A stretch of 64,000 nucleotides of DNA. It comes from Octopus bimaculoides (Eukaryota). The translations under genes and the position numbers were made by a program. Positions within the stretch are counted from its first letter, which is position 1; every line of letters starts with the position of its first letter. Positions 12,228 to 25,056 of this stretch are shown here, in pieces. Location: contig NC_068984.1 in assembly GCF_001194135.2 (NCBI RefSeq), positions 120,889,550-120,953,549 of the forward strand, written 5' to 3'. Below the pieces are notes generated by a model. The model worked only from the letters and a program-made list of their open reading frames with translations. It was not told the origin of the DNA and ran no database searches.

Positions 12228-12621
12228 ATTTGTCTTTTATTTGTTCCAGTCATTAGACTGCAGCCATGCTGGGGTACCGCCTTGAAAGATTTTTAGTCGA
12301 ATGAATCGACTAATTTTTTTTTAAGCCTGGTACTTATTCTATCGTTATCGTTTGCCGAACCGCTAAGTTACGGAAACGTAAACACACTAACTCGGATTGT
12401 TATGCGGTGGTGGGGGACAAACAGAGACACAAAGACACAAACACGCGCGCGCACATATGTATATGCAACAGCCTTCTTCCAGATTCTGTCTACCAAATCC
12501 ATTCACAAGGCTTTGGTCGCCCCGGGATTAAAGTATAAAACACTTGCCCAAGGTACTACACAATGGGACTGAACCCGGAAACATGTGGTTAGGAAGCAAG
12601 CTTCTTACAATGCAGCCACGT
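12228..12621 (-). mobile_element. SINE family B (tRNA-derived, CORE-like motif), full length
   Basis: Reverse complement shows the head cgtggctgcattgtaagaagcttgcttcc...gggttcagtccc (A/B boxes), ccttgggcaagtg and the tail ggcggtaccccagcatggctgcagtctaatgactggaacaaataaaag. Confidence 0.85.
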
Positions 12622-12907
12622 GTAACCCTCTCAGACCTTGCAGACCTTGGCCTCGGTGTCTAACTTCACCCTCCTCTTGGGCTTCTGAGGGGGTGGGGAA
12701 CAATAATTGCATACTGAGGTCAAGATCAACATTTGCAGACAAACTAAAGAACAGAATCGGCTGCATCCTCTTTTTCTGTGTGTATTGTTCATTACCGCTT
12801 TACCGGGAATCCGGCTTAGAAGAAGTTTAACCTATTCACGCTATAGCGGGAATAAGGTATGATAGGGCTAATGAGCCCTCTTAGAAGAGGACTCTTAACA
12901 ATAATGA

Positions 12908-13125
12908 TTTCTGATTTAGGCACAAAGCAAGCATATCTGAAGTGGGGCTGCTATTAAGTTACATCGACTCCAGCATGTAATTGGTACTTAACTTTAACGA
13001 CCGTGAAAGGATGAACGGAAAAAATTTGATCTCAGCGTGATTTGAAACTAGAACACAAAAAGTCGGAAGAAATACCGCATGGACTTATTCGACGTCATAT
13101 CGATTCTGACTTCTGTCACCCTTGA
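12908..13125 (-). mobile_element. SINE family A, diverged copy
   Basis: Contains tacatcgactccagcatgtaattggtactt, gaaaggatgaa and gatttgaaactagaac, matching the reverse complement of family A. Confidence 0.7.
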
Positions 13126-13387
13126 AGATGAATATCGTGAAGTTTTAGAAAATGAGGTGTAGCCAACTGAATCGCTCAAAGTACGTGACTGGTACTAATG
13201 TTTATTAATACTAGAGAGATAAAAGATGAAGTCGACCTTAAACAGCCGAAATCATACAGATACTGCAACTGATAATGATGATGATGATGATGATAATGGC
13301 GATGATAATTTTGTTGATGAGGATGACGATGACGATGGTTATGGTGATGGTGAGGGTGATGAAAATATTATTGTTGCTGTTATTAAA

Positions 13388-13608
13388 GGTGGCGAGCTGG
13401 CAGAAACGTTTGCACGCCGGGCGAAATGCTTAGCGGTATTTCGTCTGTCTTTACGTTCTGAGTTCAAATTCCGCCGAGGTCGACTTTGCCTTTCATCCTT
13501 TCGGGGTTGATAAATTAAGTACCAGTTGCGTACTGGAGTCGATCTAATCGACTGGTCCCTTCCCCCAAAATTTCAGGCCTTGTGTCTAGAGTAGAAAAGA
13601 ATATTATT
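13388..13608 (+). mobile_element. SINE family A (tRNA-derived, Meta-domain-like), young full-length copy
   Basis: A box ggcgagctggcagaa, B box gagttcaaattcc, central gcctttcatcctttcggggttgataaattaagtaccag, tail ggccttgtgtctagagtagaaaagaat. Confidence 0.92.
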
Positions 13609-13928
13609 GCTTTTGATAATATGTTGCTGCTGCTGCTGTTGTTGTTGTTGACGACGACGATGATGATGATGGTATTAATGATAGAAAACAATGGTAACAA
13701 TTACAGAGATATTTTGTTGCTAGGACTTTTCGAGATAGCGTGACGTTTCTCGATATCAAAATACTCCTACATTATTACACAGTTCCTCCTTATCAATGTT
13801 AAATGTGTTAAAGCAGTAGTCTCAAAGATAGATTACGTTTTGTTATGAAGCAGGACGACAGCAAAGATAACAAGAAAGTAGAACGAGAAATACGCAACGC
13901 TTGTTATTCTTCTGAAGACGACATAATG

Positions 13929-14125
13929 TGGCGAGATGGCAGAATCGTTAGCACTCTGTGAAAAATGCTTAGTAGCTTTTCGTCCGTCTTTACGACCGAG
14001 GTTAACTTTGCTTTTCCTGCTTTTGGGATCGATAAAACAAAATACCAGCCAAGTATTGGGATCCATGAAATCGACTTTCTTCATTCTCTTAAAGTTCCTG
14101 ACCTTACTCCAAAAATTGAAACAAT
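13929..14125 (+). mobile_element. SINE family A copy lacking the B box
   Basis: ggcgagatggcagaatcgttagcac...tctttacg|accgaggttaac; the ttctgagttcaaattcc segment is deleted. Confidence 0.75.
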
Positions 14126-14595
14126 TACTCTTCAAAAGAAAAAAAAAAGTACATGTAAAGCCAGGATAGGTTTGACAAAATACTATTATTGAGGTTTTAC
14201 TCTGGAAAGCATAATGATAACGAGAAAAGAAAGAACATACGTAAATTAAGAAGCCACCCATAAAGTCGGTGAGTTGGCGGAACCGTTGGCTACAATACGT
14301 AGCAGTATTTGTTTCGATATTTAACCGTAGGAGTTCAATTTTCATCCAAGTCAACATTAAAATTCATTTATTTTTCCGAGGTAAATAGAAAAAGAACCAA
14401 TCCCAGAGTAGTATGCTCAAGGAACTGTTTGAGGGTGGGACAAAATGTTTTGCGTTTTAATAATAACGCCTGAGGTCAATTGTGTTACACTGTATCGGGC
14501 CTAATTTAGCGGCTTTTATCTTGGATAAATAGTAGTGTCGCAGGGTGGGAAAACTCACATGCATAGATAACTGCAATTAGTAATATAACAATCCT

Positions 14596-14809
14596 GTCTA
14601 CTATAGGCGTAAGGCCTGAATTTTTGTGAGGAAGAATGCTAGTCGATTACATCGACCCCAGTACTCAACTAGTACTTATTATATCGACCCTGAAAGGATG
14701 AAAGGTAACGTCAACTTCGGCAGGATTTGAACTCAGGATTTAAGGAGTCGGAAGAAATGCTGTTAAGCATTTTACCTAGCACAGCAAGGATTCTACCAGC
14801 TCGTCGCCT
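14596..14809 (-). mobile_element. SINE family A, full length
   Basis: atcgaccctgaaaggatgaaagg, ggatttgaactcag and ctaccagctcgtcgcc are reverse complements of the core, B box and head. Confidence 0.85.
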
Positions 14810-15729
14810 TAGTTATATCATAATACATTAATACTTTAATACTCTCTCTTAAGATAACACATTCGACATTGGGACGGGTCACCTCCCTAGATTAATTCTT
14901 CAAAATATAAGGTTGCCTCACAAGAGAAGCGTAGCTGCATTTGCATTCCCTTATCTTTCTCAAACTTGTACTTATACATGGTCAACATTGTCTGTCGACT
15001 GCTCTACCTATCCTTGACATACCCTATTTACAAAGATAATGTAAAATAATGGCAGTGATTATAGTGTTTTTATGGTATCATTAAACTTAAGATTACTTTC
15101 ATTTACTACCATTTTGCTAACGTGCAGTTAGTGATATCATAATACATTTATACTTGAACATAATCCCTCTTAGAACAACACGCTGAACATTGAAATAGGT
15201 TGGACCGCCTGCCTAGATTAGTTCTTCAAAATATAACATTACCTAGCAGAATTATAGCTGCATACGTCTTTCCTAAATGACAGGCCATCAGACGATTAGT
15301 TGAGGCGTTAAAGTTTGGTACATTATTATAGGCACAGCGATGAACCAGTAGTTTAATTTTCAACGATCTAATTAACTTCGCTGCTAATGATACCTCTAGA
15401 TGTTTTATGAGCTTGCATTACTGAATTCAACTACTTTTGTGGAAGGAACATTATAAGAAAATGTTGGGTGCAGTATACCGTCTTTTTTGTATACTCAGTT
15501 TTAGCCAACGTATCTGATCATCTAATATAAAACTGGAAGTGATTGTGCTTTAATAGCAAGTCTCACCATAGCAAACTGCTTGTCATCTAATCATCATGTA
15601 TTCCTCAGCTTCTGCTACCGACTGATTCTCCTCAGCAATGGATTGTTCGACCTTCATTAAACAACACTTTCCTGCTCGTTTTCCTCTTTCCTGTCATTTA
15701 TATTGCACTTTTCTTATGAAAAATTTTCA

Positions 15730-15887
15730 GGCGTAGCCGTGTGGTAAGACGTTTGCTTCCCAACTACATGGTTCTGGTTTCAGTTCCACTGCATGGAACC
15801 TTAAGTAGGTGTCTTCTACTATAGCTTCGGTTCGACCAAAGCTTTGTGAGTGGATCGGATAGACGGAAACTGAAAACCTGTCATATG

Positions 15888-15928
<41 letters not shown>

Positions 15929-16328
15929 GTGTGCGCGCGTACGCGTTTGCCCCCAACACCGATTTACAACCGGTGTTGGTGTGTTTACGTCCCTGCTACA
16001 TAGTGGTTCGGCAGAAGAGACTAAAGGTGGCGAGCTGGCAGAAGCGTTAACGGGCGAAACGCTTAGCGGTATTTCGTCTGCCGTTACGTTCTGAATTCAA
16101 ATTCCGCTGAGGTCGACTTTGCCTTTCATCCTTTCGAGGTCGATAAATTAAGTACCAGTTACGCACTGTAATCGACTTAATTTTTGTGTCTGTCCTTGTT
16201 TGTCCCCTCTATGTTTAGCCCCGAATCACGCTTTACAAAAGAAATAATAAGTACTGACTAAAATTCTTCAAGGTGGTGCCCCAGCACGGCTGCATTTTAA
16301 TGATAGAAAGAAGTCAAAGATAAAAGAA
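15730..16328 (+). mobile_element. SINE family B interrupted by a family A copy
   Basis: Head ggcgtagccgtgtggtaagacgtttgcttcccaac, (GT)n middle, ggttcggcagaagagac, then the insert, then the tail aattcttcaaggtggtgccccagcacggctgc...aaagataaaagaa. Confidence 0.85.
16026..16222 (+). mobile_element. SINE family A, linker-type variant nested in family B
   Basis: ggtggcgagctggcagaa...gaattcaaattcc...gtcgataaattaagtaccag, ending in the linker ccttgtttgtcccctctatgtttagcccc. Confidence 0.88.
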
Positions 16329-19315
16329 GATCTATTCTAACTCTAACGAAGAATTCTTTCATCGGTCTTCTTTTTTTTTTTTTTTGATGAGCCAAATGAG
16401 AGAATCTTTACGCGGTTAATTCCATATAATAGAAATAATTAACCAAAATATTTTTCAAAAGACACCCAACGATTTTAAAATAGGAAGGTGCAATGAATAA
16501 GGGATACACTGTGAATAGAAAAAGAACGGGGCTGTTATGCGTGAGATAATTTTATTCATACCTCATGCATAGTTCCCTCTTTCTCTCTCTCCCCGCTCCC
16601 TTTCTCACTGTGTGTGTGTGTGTCTCTCTCTCTCCCTCTCTCTAGGCATCTATTTCTGTCTTTCCTTTGAATTCTTTCGTCAGCAATGTTATTTTATTTT
16701 CTCACTATTATTGTCACTTTTCCCTCTCACTTTACGTAACAATGTTGCCTTCGCTTCCTCTCCTCTCCCGCTTTCATTTTCTTTTTTCTGTCTCCCCTCC
16801 TCTCTCTCTGATATGCATTTCGTCATTGATCATGTACACACACACATACAATATGACTAGACCTAGGCAGTCAATTAGATAAAACATATTAGTTTAATAG
16901 GGCAGCAATTATAAGACCGTAGAAATAACAAACAGTATAATTAGATTAACAAATATACATAACAAAAACTCAAACAAAACTGTAAACAATTGAAACTTAA
17001 GTTCTTTGGCATTCGCTGTAAAATGTTTCCAAATCGAGCTGTTAAGTATCTACATCTTGAAAAATACTCAACTAAAATTTATTTCTATGTAGTTATTTGA
17101 TCATCGGTTTAACATTTACCACTTATAACAGTAAAACAATTTCGCAGATGTCCCAACAATTCTTTAATTGAAACTGTATAAATTCAACATTTGACTCAAG
17201 CCTGTAGCTGTCTAACGTTCCAAATACGGTTCTACTTCTGTTTATGTCTCCTTGGAAGGTTAAATAATTTGCTTTGTTAATTCTATTTGATTAAAAAGCA
17301 TTCTATTCTGTTTTAAAATGTAGCTCTGGTTTGGAAAAATTCAGTAATATCAAGTATTGAATCAAATCATCACGGAGTTTTACTACGAAATACATTTTTA
17401 AGACTTGTAAATCGAAAAGAAAAATGTTATAGAAAATATATTTGTAACAAATACACTCTTTTTATATAGCTTCAATTCTTTTATAAGTAACAGGCGCTTT
17501 TCCTTTTCTGTGAGTAGAAATGAGGTTGAATCATATCCATACCTAACTACAGAGCATTAAAGCCAAAAGTGATATTAAATTACTCCAAAACGGAATTGAA
17601 AATGCTGTTAACTCGAATTTCTAAAAAGCTTTCTTCTAACGTTCATGATTGCCACTCCTTGCTTTATATTCAGTCTTTAACACGGCACAATGCTTCGGAC
17701 TTGCTTTTCTCTGGGAATTAGAAATGCGATTGTAGAACATTCAGAATGAAAATGAAATACAATTAATACGACCAGTAAACAAAGCTGGCTTGTTTATTTG
17801 TTTAAGAATAACCTACTAATTCCCCAGTTCGTAAGATAAATATAAAATCTTAAATATTATGGTCTATTGCCAATAACTTAGGATATAACATCAAATATGA
17901 AACCAATCCTCTTTTAGTGTCCACAGTACAAACTAATCGAAATTTAGCTAAATGAAGTTACAATGGACCTTTGTCAAATAATTGCTTAACATCTCATTTT
18001 GCAACACACACACACAACTCGGTAAAGTTGCCACTGGCGTAAGTTTAATGAAAATTGTTGTTCTAAAGCGAAAGTATAAAGATTTTGGACCCAAGAATAC
18101 GTAGTATTACTTTCTAAGAATGCTTTATTGTTGTTACGAAAGCATTCGACATGGTTAGCAGTTTTATATTGTAGAAACTTTTAATAGCACATGACTCTGT
18201 GCTGCTGTATGATGGAGTCGAAGTTTGGGCATGTATCTGTATTTGATCCAATGTTAATGGTGGAAATATATTTGTGTTTACACATTTTGCAGCTCAGAAT
18301 GCCCCTCTGCCTTTGTTTTCTTTGTATTACTTTCAAGAACTATTAATAAAATTTGTATCTGTTAAACAGTTATATGTAAACTGGTTCGCTCGTACTCTCC
18401 TGGGACAGTGTTGTTTTCGAGATCAATTATAGTAGAATCGTCAAAAACTTAGCTATATTGGTGCGTAGTCAAAAAGAAAATTATTAGCAAGGGCTAGATA
18501 TGAAATTATATGATGTCAAAAGTGTTCAGTATATTTCACTATCGCGAATTTTTGGAATACCTGAGCAATTTGTAATATTATGTGGTTATAAAAATATATG
18601 TAATGTGCATAACTGAGTTTGGTAAAACTGGTTTTAAAGAAAGCCATATTATTAGACACAGCCAAAATGGAACCAATTTTTTTGTATAAGTTATTCCAAA
18701 AAGGATAGATATAGTCCACAACCGTCGAACATTTGTAGATCGATACCTGCAGAAAAAATGTGAAGATTTGGGTGAAGCGTTGAATGCAAGATCTGGGTAG
18801 TAAGACACAGCAGAAATGATTAAGAAGTCTGTGTACAAGAATACAATTAGTTACGAGAAGCAGAAATCATTATTGTAATGGTAGATGTAGAAGAAAAAGT
18901 AGAAGTGATGAGCGGTGAATACAACTGAGTACAGCTAGTTCAGACAACGGGAGACCCTTATAGAAGTATCAGAAAAAAAACTGAGAGAAGAAACTGCATT
19001 TCTGTGGAACAGTGATTGTAGCATTCTGGTCACAGAATCTTTGCTAATCACTCAAATGGCCTTCCTTTGGAAGAGATCCAACATGCTTAATTAAAGAGAA
19101 AGCTATCAGCTAATGCTGGAATGTATATACTATTTACTGAGTATAAGTAATAAAAAGTATTAAGTTCACTACGCAAAGAAATATCATTTAAAAGACAAGC
19201 TGCAGATACCCAGAAAATTACATGAGAGCTTACTTGAAGATTAGATATGTAATTTCTCTGTTGTTTCATCTATCTCTTCCTATTTATCAATTCATCTTTC
19301 TATCTTACTATATTT

Positions 19316-19329
19316 TCTCTCTCTCTCTC

Positions 19330-19406
<77 letters not shown>

Positions 19407-19434
19407 CGCTCGCTCGCTCGCTCGCTCGCTCGCT
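19316..19434. repeat. Compound (CT)n(CTCG)n microsatellite
   Basis: Direct reading. Confidence 0.95.
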
Positions 19435-19584
19435 AACTCTATGTTTGGAGTATCTTTGAAATATAACGAAAATATCTGCTGCATCAGGTGGTTAAGCAAG
19501 AGAAAAACAGAAAAAAACACAGAATTGTGGGAAATTAGAGGTGATCTGCATCGGCAAAGATTGTTTTATTTGTTAGTATTTTAA

Positions 19585-19829
19585 TCTTATACTTGTTTCA
19601 GTCATTGGTCTGCGGCCATACTTGGACACCGCTCTGAAGGGTTTACTCGAGCAGATCGATCTCAGTGCTTACTTTTTAATTTTTTAAGGCGTAATACTTC
19701 TTCTATCTGACCATTTTTGCCGAACCGCCATGTTACAGGGACGTAAACAAACACTGGTTGTCAAGATGAGGTAGGGGACAAACACAAACCAAAATACACA
19801 CACACATAACTACTTACATACATATATAC

Positions 19830-19861
<32 letters not shown>

Positions 19862-20112
19862 TCAAACATATATATATATGTACATATATTTAAATATATG
19901 AGTATGTGTGTGTGTGTCTATATGTGTGTGTGTGTGTGTATACACACACACGACAGGTTTCTTTCAGGTTCCGTTTACCATATCCACTCACAAGGCTTTG
20001 GTCAGCTAGGGGGTATAGCAGAAGACATTTGCTCAATGTGTCACGTAGAAGGACTGAACCCGAAAACATGTGGTTAGGTAGCAATCTTCTTACCATGCAG
20101 CCGTGCCTGCGC
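19585..20112 (-). mobile_element. SINE family B with expanded internal microsatellite
   Basis: Tail acttgtttcagtcattggtctgcggccatac, middle tttgccgaaccgcc, head ggactgaacccgaaaacatgtggttagg...cagccgtgcc. Confidence 0.85.
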
Positions 20113-20357
20113 CTGGTTAAGAATAAAAATTTGTATGTTTTTAGAATTTAGACAATTACTTTAAGTTCTTGTTAAATTAGGAGACTCATTGATCAAACGG
20201 TGTCCCTAAATTACTATCCAAAAGAATCATTTGTCTGGTAGTATATATGTCACAAGTGTGCCATAGCGTTATGACCAACCAATGTCCAACCCAATAAATC
20301 TCTTGTCTCTAATTTCCTAATGTAATATTATTAATATCTAATTAAAACTTCCAACTA

Positions 20358-20535
20358 CGAGGGGGTACTGAAAAGTTCCTGACTTTGGGTAAAAGAAAAT
20401 ACATGAGAGTCAGTTATTTATGATTCTATTTAACATATTACTCTCTCAGATTCACACATTTATTGCAGCGGACCTTCAGTGTTTCAAATCCCTGTAAAAG
20501 AACTGGGAAGGTCGGGTCTCCAACCAGGCCTACTC
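20358..20535 (+). mobile_element. Mariner-type terminal fragment
   Basis: TA at 20356-20357 followed by cgagggggtactgaaaagttcctgactt, a mariner-like TIR. No partner TIR found. Confidence 0.6.
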
Positions 20536-21490
20536 TTAAAGATCTAAATAATATAAGACCCTAACCAGACTTAATAAAGATTGTTCGTTGTTTGAAGAGA
20601 AAGATCCGACTAACCGTTAGTTAAAGTTATGCTGTATAATAATCAATCACATTTTAACTTTAAACTGATTTCCTTTAAATTAGTTGGGGAAAAGTTATTT
20701 CTTTGTAGACAAAAGGCAGAATGAAATAATATTATATTAAATTATTGATAAGGAAGAGATAAACGAAAACGATGAATTCTGTCAGCTCTGAACTCAGAGT
20801 TCAGATAATATATAATCTGAAGGGTCGAAACTAAATTATATAAAGCTTTTAAACCAATTGTTTACTGCTTTGGACAAATCACCGCTCCTTGCATATTTTA
20901 TATAAGTAAATTAGTACAAAACACTTATCTTTAGTAAATGATACTTTAAATTTCGAGAAAAGAAAACACAAATATCATATGACCTGCTATTATATTGCTT
21001 CAAGACACTTTACCATCGACTATAAAAATGTATATAAAATTACCATGTATGATACGAGAACTAAATAAAATAGTCGAAATTTAGGATGGGAAGGGTTGCA
21101 TTATATTCGAGTGTAAAAAGAAATAAGCAATTGACCTGCGAAAAGGATACAGAAGCGGTAGCCTCGAGAATCTAACGACTAATGTACCTGCATCGCTATG
21201 CGTAGTGAATACATCCAACAGCAAACGTTTATTCTGATATCACTCAGGCGAAATTTGGTTATACACTTTATTGCTTAAAGTTGATTAATTAATTTATTTC
21301 AATTTACAACGGGAAAATGATGTATGCTAATTAGTATAAAAATCTTATTAAAAAAAGTGGATAAGAAAACTGACTTATAGCTTACAGTGCAAAATTTAAT
21401 TTAAAGTCAAAGAATTTTCTGAAAAGGACAACCGCTGAGAAGCTTCTAGAGGTTTGGAGCAGTTGGAAGTAACATTAGACTATGGAGAAA

Positions 21491-21521
<31 letters not shown>

Positions 21522-24390
21522 GAGAGAAAAGAAAAGAGAGAAAACCTAACTGTAGAAAATGCAAGTGTCGGGAATCTCTTAAGAGAAATGAAACCCACTA
21601 CCTAAGACTTTGGAAAGAATTGATTGAATGGGTAGAAGATGAAACAAAAGATATATATTGTTACCATCTTTAAATTTACAAGCAACGAAAATATCAAAAG
21701 ATAAGAAATATGTAGTTAGTCAATCTTCAAATGTGTGGTGTCAGAGTTTCTTTAGAACGTATATTTTAGGCTCTAAAAAATTCACTGATTGATCGGCCCT
21801 TTAATTTAGATGATAAAATTATGCAGTTTCACATTTCTATGATAAAACTGAGAAAGTAGCAAAACTTTATAGTTAGTCAAATTGGAAAATATGAATACGT
21901 CAACCCCAACTTTTTTTTTTCTTTTTTGCTACATGCTAGAAAACAGAGTAGAGGATAAAATACGAAGCAAAACTGTATGATGGTGTAACAAGGCCCACAT
22001 GTACACATATATTCACACATACATACATATAAATACACAGCAATTTAGTTGATGGAATCAAATAAAATCATATGGTTTTGCTGATAAGAGAAAGTTCCAA
22101 AAAATGAAAAATGTCCAGTGTAACATTTTACTGTAGTTGTGCATCATTTGTCTAATTGAATCAAATCAAGCGAAATGTCGTGATTATGTATAAAAAGAAA
22201 TAAAAATGCATGATTCCAAAAGTGGAAAAATGTCCTTTTGAAATTACATTTTATTATCATTCTAAAGGCTTGGTGAATGGACACTGCATCCGTTTATCAC
22301 TTAGAAAATTATGGAATAAATGAAAAAGGAGTACTTTTAAAGAAACTTGTATCGCTAGTGAGGGAATAAATTAGAGCTCACCCTTGTGAGCAGGTGAAGG
22401 ATATAACTCAAGCTGTAATGCTATGTGCTTTAGGATATGTTCTGAAAAATAATAACAAAAATAAAACATTTAGAGATGAGTTTAGGAAGAAGTAGATATC
22501 ATCTACTGAAGTGGAAAAACTACAGGAGGTTGCCTGAAAATAAAAATGCCTGCCATTGCTATTGTTGCCACATGTGTTAAAGTAGCCTGGAATGTTTTAT
22601 CTAAACACATGATTTCAAAGAGCATTGGTTGAGAGAGAGAGAGAAGGAGAGAGAGAGATAGCGGGAGGGAGAAAGAGAAAGAGTCATTTGGACTAAAATT
22701 AACATTTTCAGGATGAATTTTTTTTTGTCTGCATAAGAAAATAATCTCAGCTCTTTTATCCTTTTATTCATTTAGTATACTAGAGAGTGTTATTGGTTAT
22801 GTGATAGATAACGTTGGGGATATGCTTTCGTTTTAGTTCGTAATAAAGGCTAATGTTACATAGTAGTCATTAAGTTCAATTTTACTTGCTCAGATTTCGT
22901 TGTAAATGAATACTAATGAAATAAATACTAACTGTTGAATTAAATACATTTATTAAAGTAAGTTGCGAATGATATTATTGTTTAGCTATTAATCAATTAC
23001 ACATGTATCCTTATCTGATACCGCCTACAGTGGCAAAATTATGCTTCCAACATTACATGTCATGAACGATAACACTCTTGATAGCATGCAGTAACAAAGG
23101 GAGATAAATGCAGTATTATCTTCCTTTGGAGGAAGGACAGAGAGAGAGATGGCAAAGGAGAGGAAGAGAGAAGAGGGAAAATGTTATGAGTTTGGGTCTT
23201 GCTTGATATTACTTTAAGCTTGAATTTCTCAGATGAATTTAGCTTTCTCGAATGTCCAGCTTTTCCTCTGTGTGTGAGGTGATGGGCTTCAGTAGTTGTC
23301 TAAAAGCCCTGGGTTAGAGGCAAGGGGTGATATTGCTAGAAGCATGACCAGTGGGATTAGCCACTTCAGCGCATCTTTCCAACGGAGAAGACAACCGATG
23401 TTGTCAAGGCTAATGTGAATATGACGCCATCTGCCCGGTCGACATCCCCGGGCCTATCTACTAACAATGGAAGAAGACTAGGATCTAGAAATTCACATGA
23501 GGAAGCATTCGAAGTTCCCAAAATTTTGCCTCAGCATCACATAGTACTGATTTCGGAAACATCCAAGCATATAGTTCCGTTCGAAGTCTGTATTTCCTAG
23601 GAAAAAACATAATGGAGAGACAAATGAGAAGAAGAGAAGGAAGTATGCTAACCAGGTGGAGCTACCACAAAACAATAGATGACAAGAAACGTTTCATATC
23701 ACTGAACTGGAATGCAGAAGGTTTGCATTTCTGTCCGTCTGCTAATCCAACAACATGCTGGGCATCGCAGGAGTTTGTAAGTGGAAGACCATCAAGTTGG
23801 CCATGGAGGCAGCAGGGGTGGTCTCAAGGTGGTTGAGGATCAAGGGATATGAGTCTTGTAAGGAGTAAGTGATCCATGGGGTAATGTTTACTGGACACAA
23901 GCTGGGGCTTGATTAAGCCTGGCTGGATAGCATGGGCGAAAGTGTATACTGATATGTCCAGGTGCATCACAAGAATTTATAAGAAAAAATATGAGGAACA
24001 GTGATTATATTTTTATTGACAACAGATGAATTCAAACCTTGAAAGGACTAAATACGTTATTTTTTTTGTTTTTGTTTCACCGCAGTTACCATATTGACTG
24101 TAAAATTAATCTAGTTTCCAGTCTCTACAAACAGTTAACCACTCATACATTTATTGATGTATGGCTACATTATCCAATAGACAGAACTTTTTGTTTTATG
24201 GTCGGTCGGTAGGGGATCGGCGTTTGAAGCCATACTGTTTATATTTCCATTGTTACTCTTACTCAGTTACGCAAAATGCTGATCGAAAAAGAGGTAGGGT
24301 TTACTCAGCTTATACTGAAAAACATGAGAAAAACAATAAAAGAACCCGATTAAAACACTAATATATCATTTAAGAATTTATCCGATGTAA

Positions 24391-24611
24391 GGCGGCAAGC
24401 TGGCAGAATCGTTAACTTGCCGAGCAAATTACTTAGTGGTATTTCTTCCGTCTTCAAATTCTGAGTTCAAATTCTGCGCAGGTCTACTTTGCCTTTCTTC
24501 CTTTGCAGTTGATGAAATAAGTACTAGTTGAGCAGGTCGGTGTAACCGACTTTCACCTTTCACCTTTCACCTTTCCCTGAAACTGCAGGCATTGCCTCAA
24601 AATTTGAAACT
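24391..24611 (+). mobile_element. SINE family A
   Basis: ggcggcaagctggcagaatcgttaac...ctgagttcaaattc...gcctttcttcctttgcagttgatgaaataagtactag...aatttgaaac. Confidence 0.85.
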
Positions 24612-25056
24612 GATGTTTCTTGTATATCATAGACGGCTGTTTATTTCTAATTCTAGCTCGAAATTAAATGCTTGAACGCACAAAAATATTCCCATTAATT
24701 AATTTTATTACATTTCTTCCGCAAGAAACTAAAACAACATATTAATATAAGAATTAAATATTCATTTTGTGTATCAATTTCGCACGGTCGCAACTGATAC
24801 ATGTCATAAAATAAATAATTCCTATGAATAACGGAACACAACAAATTCAAAGTATTTTTAAAAAATGCAAAGAAAAAAAACAGTGCACTCGTTTCATGAA
24901 CCAGCATGCTTTTACAAAATTCCTTGTAAATGTTATGTCTCACCCATACATATTCCATCTCAGACTGTCTCAGACTGAGCTTTCAAAATATGCTCTAATC
25001 TGTTAGGTTTATGTCTCAATGTCTTGTCCTGCTGGATACAGGACATGGCAATTTCT

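Noticed and set aside
13936-14169. Recurring peptides such as LSLRSEFKFRRGRLCLSSFRG (also 13226, 26399, 27912)
   Set aside because: Chance translations of SINE family A, not a protein family.
15730-15800. tRNA-gene-like A/B boxes here and at the family A heads
   Set aside because: No complete cloverleaf, and the sequences continue into SINE bodies.
23250-23990. GC-richer block with weak RTE-like scraps (YFLG...IM, EAFE)
   Set aside because: Probably an old LINE remnant, but too decayed to assign without a profile search.
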